DNA from: Candidatus Multivorans sp.
GTDB taxonomy: Bacteria; Acidobacteriota; Thermoanaerobaculia; Multivoradales; Multivoraceae
Direction: 5' to 3'
Assembly (NCBI GenBank): GCA_965219675.1
Contig: OZ244786.1
Span: 1,741,914-1,805,913 of the forward strand
Length of the DNA stretch: 64,000 nucleotides
Below, in pieces: positions 1-8,172 of this stretch; positions within the stretch are counted from its first letter, which is position 1, and the number at the start of each line of letters is the position of its first letter. A program made the translations under genes and the position numbers. The notes beneath the pieces were generated by a model that did no database searches, had not been told where the DNA came from, and saw nothing but the letters and a program-made list of their open reading frames with translations.

Positions 1-77
1 AGCAAGCACTGGAGCGTCTTCCACCGAGCAGGGGCGGAGTCGAGGCGGAGTACTGGCGTGCCCGACTGGGTGCGGCC

Positions 78-1577
78 ATGGAGGCTCTTTCACGCTGTGT
101 CGTGCGTCTCGATTCCCACGAAGTGGAGGAAGTGCTGGAACTTGCAAAGCGCCTCTACGGTGACGCTCGAGTGACGGCCGATCTGAGCTTCTGGGATGCC
201 CTGCGGAATCTCCTCCAGAGATCGTGGGAGGCTCTGCCTCGTACAACCCAGGAGCGACACGTACTCGATCTGCTAGGGCTACCTATCGTCGGGCTCGACG
301 ACTTCTCGGTGGGCCGGCCAGTTGCCAAGTTCCGGGAACCTGCCTGGATACTGGAGCGGCCCTCGGACGATAGGCGATGTCCTGCTCCCGAGCGCTCCGA
401 AGAGAATGCGCAACAGTGGCGAGCAGTAGTAGACCTTCTGATCCGAGCCTTGGAGGCCGGCGGCGAGGCCCGGGAACGAGCCTCGGGACGACTTTCGGTG
501 ATGGCGTCATGGAAGCGGTTCACAGTCGCAGAAGAGATTGGGCTAGCGGCCGCATTGTGGGGGTCGAGTTGGCAGCAGACTTCCATGCTCCCGGAGAACA
601 CGAAGCTCCGGCCGTGGGTGTTCGCCAAGCTGCCTGAGCCCAAGCCGGGTGTCGCGCTGGAGCGGCTTCGTGCCTCATGGGGCGACCGGCTCGACTGGAG
701 CCAGGTGGGGCAGGAGGCCCACGAGAAGCTGCTCGCGAATGCAGGAGATGCCCTCGCTGCGCTTCGGCAGCGCGGTGTTCGACTCGCGCTCACGAGCGAC
801 GAAGTGGAAGTCTTGCGTATGGCCGTGGAGCGCTGGGCAGAGTCGGATCTGCATCCGATCCTGCCCTGGGAAGCGTCTGAGAAGGCCCGCCCGCGAGCCG
901 AGGCACTGTACGGTGTAGCGACGTTGCTGCTCAAGTTTGAGGTGTCGCCGGTCGCCGCTCGGGCTTTGGGGCAGCGCGTGCGACAGGAACGCGACGCAGA
1001 GACTCCAGCCTACCAACTGACGCCCGGGATTCTGCGCTCGGATGGTGCGCAGCTTGATGCGCTCGCCTCGCTGCTCCGGACCGGGCTCGCCAGCACGGTC
1101 AGAGCTGCGCTTGACAGTGCCGCCAGTGGTCTGTTCCTCTGGCTTCGGGAAGCGAGGCGATCTGAGCCATTTGTCCCGGCGGTCCCAGAGGAGGTGCTTG
1201 CCGAGATTGGCGTCATTCTCGCCAATCGAAGGTGGCCTTCTATCTCTAGTGCTCTGCAAATCGCTGCCTGGGTCTACGGGGACGGGAGTGCCGAGCAACG
1301 CGCTGTTCTAAGGGCGCCCCTGTTGGAGAGCCTCGGGCAGTTCATCGAAGAGCTCGTGTACGAGGAAGACTTCGACCAGCACCCTTTCTTCAAGCGACCG
1401 TGGGTCGATCACGAGGAGGTCGATGTGCCGCTGCTTCGCTGGCGCTGCGCCAAGCTGGCGATGGCGATGGAGGCCGCTGGTCTGGGGGAGGAGCCAGTCG
1501 TAGCGAGGTGGATTAGAGAGGCGGAGAGGGATCCATTACCTGAGATGCGGTACATCGCGGAGGGATGGGAGGGCTAG
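78..1577 (+). CDS. Hypothetical protein, predicted all-alpha-helical and about 500 aa. The reading frame stays open to position 1, so the gene may start upstream of the window.
   Basis: 499-aa ORF with no recognisable catalytic motifs. There is no in-frame stop between nt 3 and the first ATG at 78. It is convergent with the TIR gene. Confidence 0.5.
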   Translation: MEALSRCVVRLDSHEVEEVLELAKRLYGDARVTADLSFWDALRNLLQRSWEALPRTTQERHVLDLLGLPIVGLDDFSVGRPVAKFREPAWILERPSDDRRCPAPERSEENAQQWRAVVDLLIRALEAGGEARERASGRLSVMASWKRFTVAEEIGLAAALWGSSWQQTSMLPENTKLRPWVFAKLPEPKPGVALERLRASWGDRLDWSQVGQEAHEKLLANAGDALAALRQRGVRLALTSDEVEVLRMAVERWAESDLHPILPWEASEKARPRAEALYGVATLLLKFEVSPVAARALGQRVRQERDAETPAYQLTPGILRSDGAQLDALASLLRTGLASTVRAALDSAASGLFLWLREARRSEPFVPAVPEEVLAEIGVILANRRWPSISSALQIAAWVYGDGSAEQRAVLRAPLLESLGQFIEELVYEEDFDQHPFFKRPWVDHEEVDVPLLRWRCAKLAMAMEAAGLGEEPVVARWIREAERDPLPEMRYIAEGWEG

Positions 1578-1822
1578 CACGGAGCCGATGGCGACGTGCG
1601 AAACGGGACTCCCCCGTGCGCGCCACAATGCCAAGTCTCAACGCGCCCCCGCGGACCGCCGTTGCAGAAGAGAAGAACCCGAAGGAGCAACGCCTCTACT
1701 GCGATCCTCGAGTGCGAGGACGATTGCCACCGGCCACAGTGTTCCGAGGTCGATGTCGTGGGCCACCGCGTATCGGTTGTCGAAGCGAGGAAGAACCTCT
1801 TGGAGGTGTTGGAGATTGGCGA

Positions 1823-2719
1823 TCACTTTCCCGTCGGCGACTCGCCGTCCTCTCGGATGATCTGAATGCGCCCGTTCCCAAGGTGCAGGACACAACTGGG
1901 TTCGCCACGTACTACAACCACGGTCGCCATCGGCCAGTCGACTAGCTCTCCCCCTATCGTGCGCTGTAACTCCTCAGGACGTCCATGCACCGTCCAGCCC
2001 TGCACGCGAAGCTCCTCAAGCTGCTCCGAGAGTTGACTGGCAGCCTCCGCTCGCTGAAGTGGGCCAAGCTCGTCCCAAATGTCCGACCAGTCGGTCAGAT
2101 CCTGCTGGAAGCCGCCGATAAGGCTCACGTCCTCGTCGCGCGGCTCGTCCTTGAAGAAGAAGAAAGCGCATCGACCCAGCAGCTCCGCGAGTTCAGCTCC
2201 TGTCGTGATACGAGCAACTTCGGCCTTCTGGAGGTCTTCCGCTAGTTCCTGAACATGTGTGATTGCCTGCTGAAGAAGATCAGGCGCGATGACTCTCAGC
2301 AATCCCGTAACGACCACGGAGATTCCGTCCTGCCACTTTAGAGCTACACGATCCGCTAAGCGCGGCGAGTGGCGACGCACGTCTTCCGCGTCAACGTCAT
2401 GCCAAACAGGAAGGATGAGATTCTGTCCGTCTTGCTCCCGCTGCGCCAACCCGTCGAGTTCCGACTCCGGATAGTGCTTCCCGAAGAAGCTCTCGGAGAG
2501 TATGACTACACCGAACTTGCATCGCGTCAGCCCGGCATCGACCTTCCTCCGTAGGCGATCTCCGACACGGAGTTCCATCTCGTCGTACCACACTCGAAGC
2601 CCCAGGTCGCGGAGGAAGGTGGCCAAGGGCCGAGCCACTTCTTCTTGATCTTCCCACGCATAGCATACGAAGACATCCCATTCCTTGGTTTCTTCGCTGG
2701 TGGTTTCGGCTTTCGGCAT
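1823..2719 (-). CDS. TIR-domain protein: an N-terminal TIR domain plus an uncharacterised C-terminal domain of about 140 aa.
   Basis: The track ORF is 1823..2815. I chose the internal ATG at 2719, which gives MPKAETTSEETKEWDVFVCYAWEDQEEVARPLATFLRDLGLRVWYDEMELRVGDRL...VVILSESFFGKHYPESELDGL...ILPVWHDVD. These are the classic bacterial TIR box motifs, including the SxxFxxSxxxxxEL glutamate region. Confidence 0.8.
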   Translation of the reverse strand: MPKAETTSEETKEWDVFVCYAWEDQEEVARPLATFLRDLGLRVWYDEMELRVGDRLRRKVDAGLTRCKFGVVILSESFFGKHYPESELDGLAQREQDGQNLILPVWHDVDAEDVRRHSPRLADRVALKWQDGISVVVTGLLRVIAPDLLQQAITHVQELAEDLQKAEVARITTGAELAELLGRCAFFFFKDEPRDEDVSLIGGFQQDLTDWSDIWDELGPLQRAEAASQLSEQLEELRVQGWTVHGRPEELQRTIGGELVDWPMATVVVVRGEPSCVLHLGNGRIQIIREDGESPTGK

Positions 2720-2971
2720 GGCGGGCTGTGTCCTAGATGATGGTTCGCCGCGGGTGCTCGTTGATCTGGCAGGCGACGGGCCGACGCTGTCTTTGTAGGC
2801 GGGCGGGAGCTGCACCCCATCGCCGGAGCGCTGAGAGGGCCTTCAGGAGCGTCCCAGACGCCCCGGCCCGGCAGATCCCGTCCGTAACTGGCGACCTGGA
2901 TACTGCCACAGGACCGTGCTCCGGGCGCCGCTGCGTCGGTAGTAGCCGGCTCTCATAGGCTACGCGCCGTC

Positions 2972-5236
2972 GTGGAGTTCCGTATCGCCGACACGTTCAC
3001 CGCCAGCCTCGCTCGCCTGCGGGCGGACGAGCAGAAGGCCGTCAAGACGACGGCGTTCGACCTGCAGGTGAATCCGGCGCGGCCGGGGCATCGCCTGCAT
3101 CGGGTCGAGTCGGCGCGGGACAGGAAGTTCTGGTCGGTGCGGGCGGGCCGGGACCTGCGGATCATCGTCCATCGGACGGCGGCGGACTTCCTGCTCTGCT
3201 ATGTGGATCATCACGACCGGGCGTACCGCTGGGCAGAGCGGCGACGCCTGGAGCGGCATCCGCGCACGGGCGCGGCGCAGTTGGTGGAGATTCGGGAGGT
3301 CGTTCGGGAAGTCACTCTAGAGGTAGAGGTGCCGTTCCCCGTGCCGTCGCAGCCGGAGGCGACGGCCCTCGAAGACGCGGTAGAGGCGTCGCCGGCGCCT
3401 GTGTCTGCGCCCGTCGAGGTGCCTTCCGGGGGTCCTGCTGCGTCTGCTGCCGCAGCGCCGCCGGCCGAACCGGCGAAGCTGGCCGGGCCGCCTCTGTTCG
3501 CCAACCGGACGGACGAGGAGTTGTCGAGCTACGGTGTGCCGGCCGACTGGATCGGCGAGGTGCGGACGGCCACGGAGGAGTCGCTGCTCGAGACGGCGGA
3601 GCACCTGCCGGCGGAAGCCGCCGAGGCGCTCTTGGAACTGGCTAAGGGGGGCACGCCGGCGATTCCGCCGCCATTGCCTCCGGCCGCGGACCCATTCGAT
3701 CACCCCGACGCCGGGCGGCGGTTCCGGACGATGGCCGACCGCGAGGAACTCGAACGGGCCCTGGACGCGCCGTGGGAGAAGTGGACGGTCTTCCTGCATC
3801 CGACGCAGCGGGAACTGCTCGAGCGGGACTACGGTGGCCCGGCGCGGGTCGCGGGGTCGGCGGGGACCGGCAAGACGATCGTGGCGTTGCACCGGGCGGT
3901 GCATCTTGCGTCGGAGGATCCGGATTCCCGCGTGCTGCTCGCGACGTTCTCGACGCCCCTGGCCAACGCGTTGCAACGGCGATTGAGGCTGCTGCTCGGC
4001 AGTCGACCGCGTCTGGGCGAGCGAATCGAGGTCCACTCGATGGCCGGTCTTGCGGAGCGCCTCTACCGACTCAACCTCGGATCGCTCAGCCAGGCGTCCG
4101 AAGAGCAGCAGCGCGAGTTGCTCCGCAGCGCGGCCGCGAACGTCGCGGACGACGGCTTCTCGCACCGCTTCCTCTGGGCGGAGTGGAGCGGCGTGGTGGA
4201 CGCCTGGCAGCTCGGGAACTGGGAGGAGTACCGGGCCGTGCCGCGTCTCGGTCGTCGGACCCGGCTGGCCGAAGCTCGCCGGGAGGTTCTTTGGAGGATC
4301 TTCGCCAAGGTGCGGGACGAACTGGAGAGACAGGATTTCCTGACGACCGCCGGCATGTTCCGCAGGCTGGAGGACCACTTCAATCACGCTCGGAAACCGC
4401 CCTTCGACTACTGCGTGATCGACGAGGCGCAGGACATCAGCGTCGCCGAGCTGCGGTTCCTGGCGGCGCTCAGCGAGGATCGGCCGAACAGCCTGTTCTT
4501 CGCCGGCGACCTGGGCCAGCGCATCTTCCGCGCGCCGTTCTCGTGGCGGAAGCTGGGCGTCGATGTGCGGGGCAGGTCGCACACGCTGCGGGTCAACTAC
4601 CGCACGTCGCACCAGATTCGCCGGCAGGCGGATCGCCTGCTGCCGGCCAGGATCGCGGACGTCGACGGCATCGAGGAGGAACGGCGGGGCACGGTGTCCG
4701 CGTTCAACGGACCGGCGCCGGAGATTCGGGTTGTCGAGTCCGAGGAAGCGGAGATTGCGGACGTGAGCGAATGGCTTCGCGATCTGCTGCAGGCGGCGGG
4801 AACGTCCTTTTCGGAGGCAAGGCCCGATGACGCCGATGAAGACGCAGGCGGACTGCGCCCTGGAGAGACCGCTGTCTTCGTCCGGTCGTCACGCAAGGTC
4901 GAACGTGCGCTTCGGGCAGTGGCGGCGGTGGGACTTGACGCTGCCCCATTGGACGCGGGCGAGACCACGGGGCCGGGCTTTGTGGGTGAGGCGGTCGTCG
5001 TGGGCACGATGCACCGCGCCAAGGGTCTGGAGTTCCGCGCCGTTGCGGTCATGGCATGCGACGACGAGGTGTTGCCGCTCCAGGCGAGGATCGAGAACGT
5101 TGTGGACGAGGCGGACCTGGAGGACGTCTACAACACGGAACGCCATCTGCTGTACGTGGCTTGCACCCGTGCCCGCGAACATCTCCTGGTAACCGGCGTC
5201 AAACCGGCCTCTGAGTTCTTGGACGACCTGACGTAG
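2972..5236 (+). CDS. Superfamily-1 UvrD/Rep-like DNA helicase with an N-terminal RelE/ParE-like toxin-fold domain and an Ala/Pro-rich linker.
   Basis: GTG start. The N-terminal ~100 aa read ...RKFWSVRAGRDLRIIVHRTAADFLLCYVDHHDRAY, a RelE/ParE-like pattern. Helicase motifs are present: Walker A GSAGTGKT, motif II VIDEAQD, motif IV-like NYRTS and motif VI TMHRAKGLEF. Confidence 0.85.
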   Translation: MEFRIADTFTASLARLRADEQKAVKTTAFDLQVNPARPGHRLHRVESARDRKFWSVRAGRDLRIIVHRTAADFLLCYVDHHDRAYRWAERRRLERHPRTGAAQLVEIREVVREVTLEVEVPFPVPSQPEATALEDAVEASPAPVSAPVEVPSGGPAASAAAAPPAEPAKLAGPPLFANRTDEELSSYGVPADWIGEVRTATEESLLETAEHLPAEAAEALLELAKGGTPAIPPPLPPAADPFDHPDAGRRFRTMADREELERALDAPWEKWTVFLHPTQRELLERDYGGPARVAGSAGTGKTIVALHRAVHLASEDPDSRVLLATFSTPLANALQRRLRLLLGSRPRLGERIEVHSMAGLAERLYRLNLGSLSQASEEQQRELLRSAAANVADDGFSHRFLWAEWSGVVDAWQLGNWEEYRAVPRLGRRTRLAEARREVLWRIFAKVRDELERQDFLTTAGMFRRLEDHFNHARKPPFDYCVIDEAQDISVAELRFLAALSEDRPNSLFFAGDLGQRIFRAPFSWRKLGVDVRGRSHTLRVNYRTSHQIRRQADRLLPARIADVDGIEEERRGTVSAFNGPAPEIRVVESEEAEIADVSEWLRDLLQAAGTSFSEARPDDADEDAGGLRPGETAVFVRSSRKVERALRAVAAVGLDAAPLDAGETTGPGFVGEAVVVGTMHRAKGLEFRAVAVMACDDEVLPLQARIENVVDEADLEDVYNTERHLLYVACTRAREHLLVTGVKPASEFLDDLT

Positions 5237-5265
5237 AGCCACAGCCTGCCGATAGTCTCAGCCGC

Positions 5266-6306
5266 ATGGCAATCACCCGACTCCGGCTGCAGCGCTTTAG
5301 CGCCTTCGACGACTTCGACTTCGAACCCTCACCGGGCATCAACGTCCTGATCGGCGCCAACGGCACGGGCAAGACCCACCTGATGAAGGTCGCCTATGCC
5401 GCGTGCGATGTCAGCAAGACGGGCACCTCATTCGCTGAGAAGCTCATCCGGGTGTTCCTTCCGTCCGGCGGCGCTCTGGGCCGCTTGGTCAAACGGCAGC
5501 AGGGCAGCTCTCGGTGTGGGATCGAGATCCATCGGCGCCGGGGGCGGGGTTCTGCGAAGCTGACGGCGTCCTTCTCGAATCACGCGTCGGTGCCGAAGTC
5601 CGCGACGGTCAGGGGCACCAAGAACTGGTACGGCGCGCCGCTTGAGAGCGTCTTCATTCCCGTCAAGGAGATGCTGGCCAACGCGCCAGGATTCCGCTCT
5701 CTCTACTCCCAGCGAGAAGTTCACTTTGAGGAGGTGTATGCGGACATCCTCGATCGCGCCTACCGGCCGGCGTTGCGGGGCGCGCCCGATCAGTACCGGA
5801 AGCGGCTCATGGAGATCCTGCAGCGCGCGATGGCGGGCACGGTCACCGTGCGCAACGAGGAGTTCTTTCACTACAGCAGGCAGGGCCGTTTGGAGTTCTC
5901 GCTCCTTGCGGAAGGTATGCGGAAGCTGGGGCTGCTCTGGCTGCTGGTTCAGAACGGGACCTTGCTCAAGGGATCGGTGCTCTTCTGGGACGAGCCCGAG
6001 ACGAATCTTCATCCCAAGCTCTTCGGTGGGCTCGCCGACATCTTCGGCCAACTCCAGCAGGCGGGCATCCAGATCTTCCTCGCCACGCACGACTACACGA
6101 TGCTGAAGGAACTCGACCACAGGGTTGCGGGGCGAAGGGAGAGCGAGATCACGTTCCATTCTCTGTACCGCGAATCCGATAGCGGAAGGGTCCTTTGCAA
6201 GGGTTCAAGGAGTTACGCCGCCATTGCTCCGAACACGATCGCGGATGTCTTCTCCGATCTCTACGACAGGGAGGTCGCGCGCAGCCTAAAGGACCTCGGC
6301 CGATGA
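5266..6306 (+). CDS. ABC-type ATPase of the AAA_21/AAA_15, OLD/SMC-like class. It has the ATPase domain only, with no fused nuclease.
   Basis: Walker A LIGANGTGKTHL, Walker B/D-loop LFWDEPETNLHP and H-loop FLATHD. It starts 30 nt after the helicase stop. Confidence 0.8.
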   Translation: MAITRLRLQRFSAFDDFDFEPSPGINVLIGANGTGKTHLMKVAYAACDVSKTGTSFAEKLIRVFLPSGGALGRLVKRQQGSSRCGIEIHRRRGRGSAKLTASFSNHASVPKSATVRGTKNWYGAPLESVFIPVKEMLANAPGFRSLYSQREVHFEEVYADILDRAYRPALRGAPDQYRKRLMEILQRAMAGTVTVRNEEFFHYSRQGRLEFSLLAEGMRKLGLLWLLVQNGTLLKGSVLFWDEPETNLHPKLFGGLADIFGQLQQAGIQIFLATHDYTMLKELDHRVAGRRESEITFHSLYRESDSGRVLCKGSRSYAAIAPNTIADVFSDLYDREVARSLKDLGR

Positions 6307-6716
6307 TCAACCTGCAGGAGGGCGATCTGCGCGTCACGCTTCCAGGGTTGGGACGGGCGAGGAAGTTCGACGACTCGGCGAACCACGGCTTGAGCCACTG
6401 CATGAAGGCCGTCGACTTCGTCGTGGAGTTCGAGCGGAGCCGGCTGTTCCTGGAGATCAAGGATCCGGGGCATCCTCGGGCACGGTCGTCGGACCGGGCC
6501 TCCTTCGTGCAGAGGTTCCAGTCCAGTCGGCTGGACGGCGACCTCGTCCAGAAGTATCGCGACTCGTTTCTCTACGAGTGGGCTTGCGAGAACCTCGAGA
6601 AGCCGATTCACTATTGGGTTCTCGTGGGCATCGACAGCCTCGGCCCGCCCGACCTCCTCGCTAGGACCGACGCGCTCAAGAGGAGGCTGCCGGTCGGGAA
6701 GGCAACGGGGTCGTAG
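6303..6716 (+). CDS. Small hypothetical protein of about 137 aa, probably a partner of the upstream ATPase and possibly a nuclease-like module.
   Basis: ATG at 6303 overlaps the ATPase stop (ATGA), which suggests translational coupling. Sequence features are MINLQEGDL... and VDFVVEFERSRLFLEIKD, a D..E.K arrangement reminiscent of PD-(D/E)xK. The ORF-track start at 6195 has an arginine-rich extension that is probably not real. Confidence 0.5.
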   Translation: MINLQEGDLRVTLPGLGRARKFDDSANHGLSHCMKAVDFVVEFERSRLFLEIKDPGHPRARSSDRASFVQRFQSSRLDGDLVQKYRDSFLYEWACENLEKPIHYWVLVGIDSLGPPDLLARTDALKRRLPVGKATGS

Positions 6717-6945
6717 CTTCGGCCGATCGTGTCGGACTGTCGCGTGTTCACACCGGGAAGCTGGAACCGAACGCTTCCTGACGGCTACACGGTCACTCGG
6801 GTCTCGGTCTAGGCAGGCGGACCTCGGTGGGCCGAGCGGCGGGGCGTGGAGCGGCATCCGCGGACCGGGGTCGGACCGACGTCGGAGTTTCTGGACCACC
6901 TGGCGTGAGGTGCGCGGAAGGCTCCGGTTGTAGGCTGTCGCGGTC

Positions 6946-8061
6946 ATGTCGGCGATCAGCAACCTCACGATCGAGGGGTTCAAGAGCTTCCGGCGCCTGG
7001 AGCGGCTGGAACTTGGTCCGCTGAACCTTCTGATCGGCGCCAACGGTTCGGGCAAGTCGAACCTCCTCGCGGCCTTCGACCTGCTCGCGAGGGCGTGCAG
7101 CGCTCAGCAGCTCTCGGTCTATGTGGGGAAGGCGGCCGGCGCCGACCGCCTGCTGCACTACGGCCCCAAGATGACGCAGAGCATCCGCTTCCAAGTCGGT
7201 TTTGAGGACGGGCTGGCTGGTTTCACTCTCCTCCTGCGGCACGCTGCCGAGAACCGTCTCTTCTCGAGTTTGAGTATCGAGGGAGGCGAGTTGCCGAGAG
7301 ACTTCGTCGACCAACTTGAGGTGGAGGCCGGCGTTGCCCCGCTCAGTGAGTTTCTCGACCTGAGGCTGGCGGGCTGGCAGGCGTATCACTTCGCCGACAC
7401 GGGTCGGGCTTCGCCCATTAAGACGACGGCGAACCTCAACGACAACCGGCGCCTGCGGCCCGACGGCGCCAATCTCGCCGCGTTCCTGCACCTGCTGCAG
7501 GTGAGGCACAGGATCGCCTATGGCCAGATCCGCCGGACGGTCCAGTTGGCGGCGCCCTTCTTCGATGACTTCGTTCTCGCGCCGCTGGCCCTCAATCCGG
7601 AGACCATCCAACTCGAGTGGCGGCACGTCCGCTCCGACGCCCACTTTGGCGCGTCCTCGTTGTCGGACGGAACCTTGCGGTTCATGGCGCTCGCGACACT
7701 GCTTCTTCAGCCAGCCCAACTCCGGCCCAAGCTGATCCTGCTCGACGAGCCGGAACTTGGCCTGCATCCGTATGCGGTCACCCTCCTCGCAGCCATGCTC
7801 AGAGAGGCGTCGGTGGAGTCGCAGCTCGTTGTGGCGACTCAGTCGCCATTGCTTCTCGACCATTTCGAGCCGGAAGAGGTGCTGGTGACGGACCGCCAAG
7901 ACGGCGCCACGACCGTCCGAAGGCTGTGCAGCGAGAGTCTGAAGGTGTGGTTGGACGAGTACAGCCTGGGTGAACTCTGGGAGAAGAACGAGTTCGGCGG
8001 CCGGCCCGTTCCCGAAACTTCCGGCGAAGGTGCACAGGCCCGGCTCACCGCGAGCGTTTGA
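6946..8061 (+). CDS. Second ABC-type ATPase of the AAA_21 class, a paralogous fold to the 5266 gene.
   Basis: Walker A LLIGANGSGKSNLL, signature-like SDGTLRFMALATLL, Walker B LILLDEPELGLHP and VVATQSP. The 371-aa ORF is separated from upstream genes by 230 bp. Confidence 0.8.
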   Translation: MSAISNLTIEGFKSFRRLERLELGPLNLLIGANGSGKSNLLAAFDLLARACSAQQLSVYVGKAAGADRLLHYGPKMTQSIRFQVGFEDGLAGFTLLLRHAAENRLFSSLSIEGGELPRDFVDQLEVEAGVAPLSEFLDLRLAGWQAYHFADTGRASPIKTTANLNDNRRLRPDGANLAAFLHLLQVRHRIAYGQIRRTVQLAAPFFDDFVLAPLALNPETIQLEWRHVRSDAHFGASSLSDGTLRFMALATLLLQPAQLRPKLILLDEPELGLHPYAVTLLAAMLREASVESQLVVATQSPLLLDHFEPEEVLVTDRQDGATTVRRLCSESLKVWLDEYSLGELWEKNEFGGRPVPETSGEGAQARLTASV

Positions 8062-8172
8062 ACGGGTCGGGTCGGGACCGCGGAGAACCGCGTCTGGCAT
8101 AAGCTCCCCGCCGCCCCGCGGCCGGAGGAGCGGACGTCACTCCTGTTCCGGTCTGACCTGAGGAGACCCTTC

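Noticed and set aside
3317-4612. 431-aa minus-strand ORF antisense to the helicase gene.
   Set aside because: The translation is extremely Arg/Pro/Gly-rich low-complexity sequence, typical of antisense frames in high-GC DNA. The sense strand has unambiguous helicase motifs.
6755-6777. Inverted repeat ggaagc…gcttcc after the small partner gene, considered as a terminator.
   Set aside because: The stem is only 6 bp with an 11-nt loop, and there is no T-run. It is too weak to call an intrinsic terminator.
6838-6853. 16-nt exact match tggagcggcatccgcg shared between the intergenic region before the second ATPase and the helicase coding region near 3247.
   Set aside because: A single short GC-rich match of this length is about what chance predicts in 64 kb of biased-composition DNA, and there is no flanking similarity.
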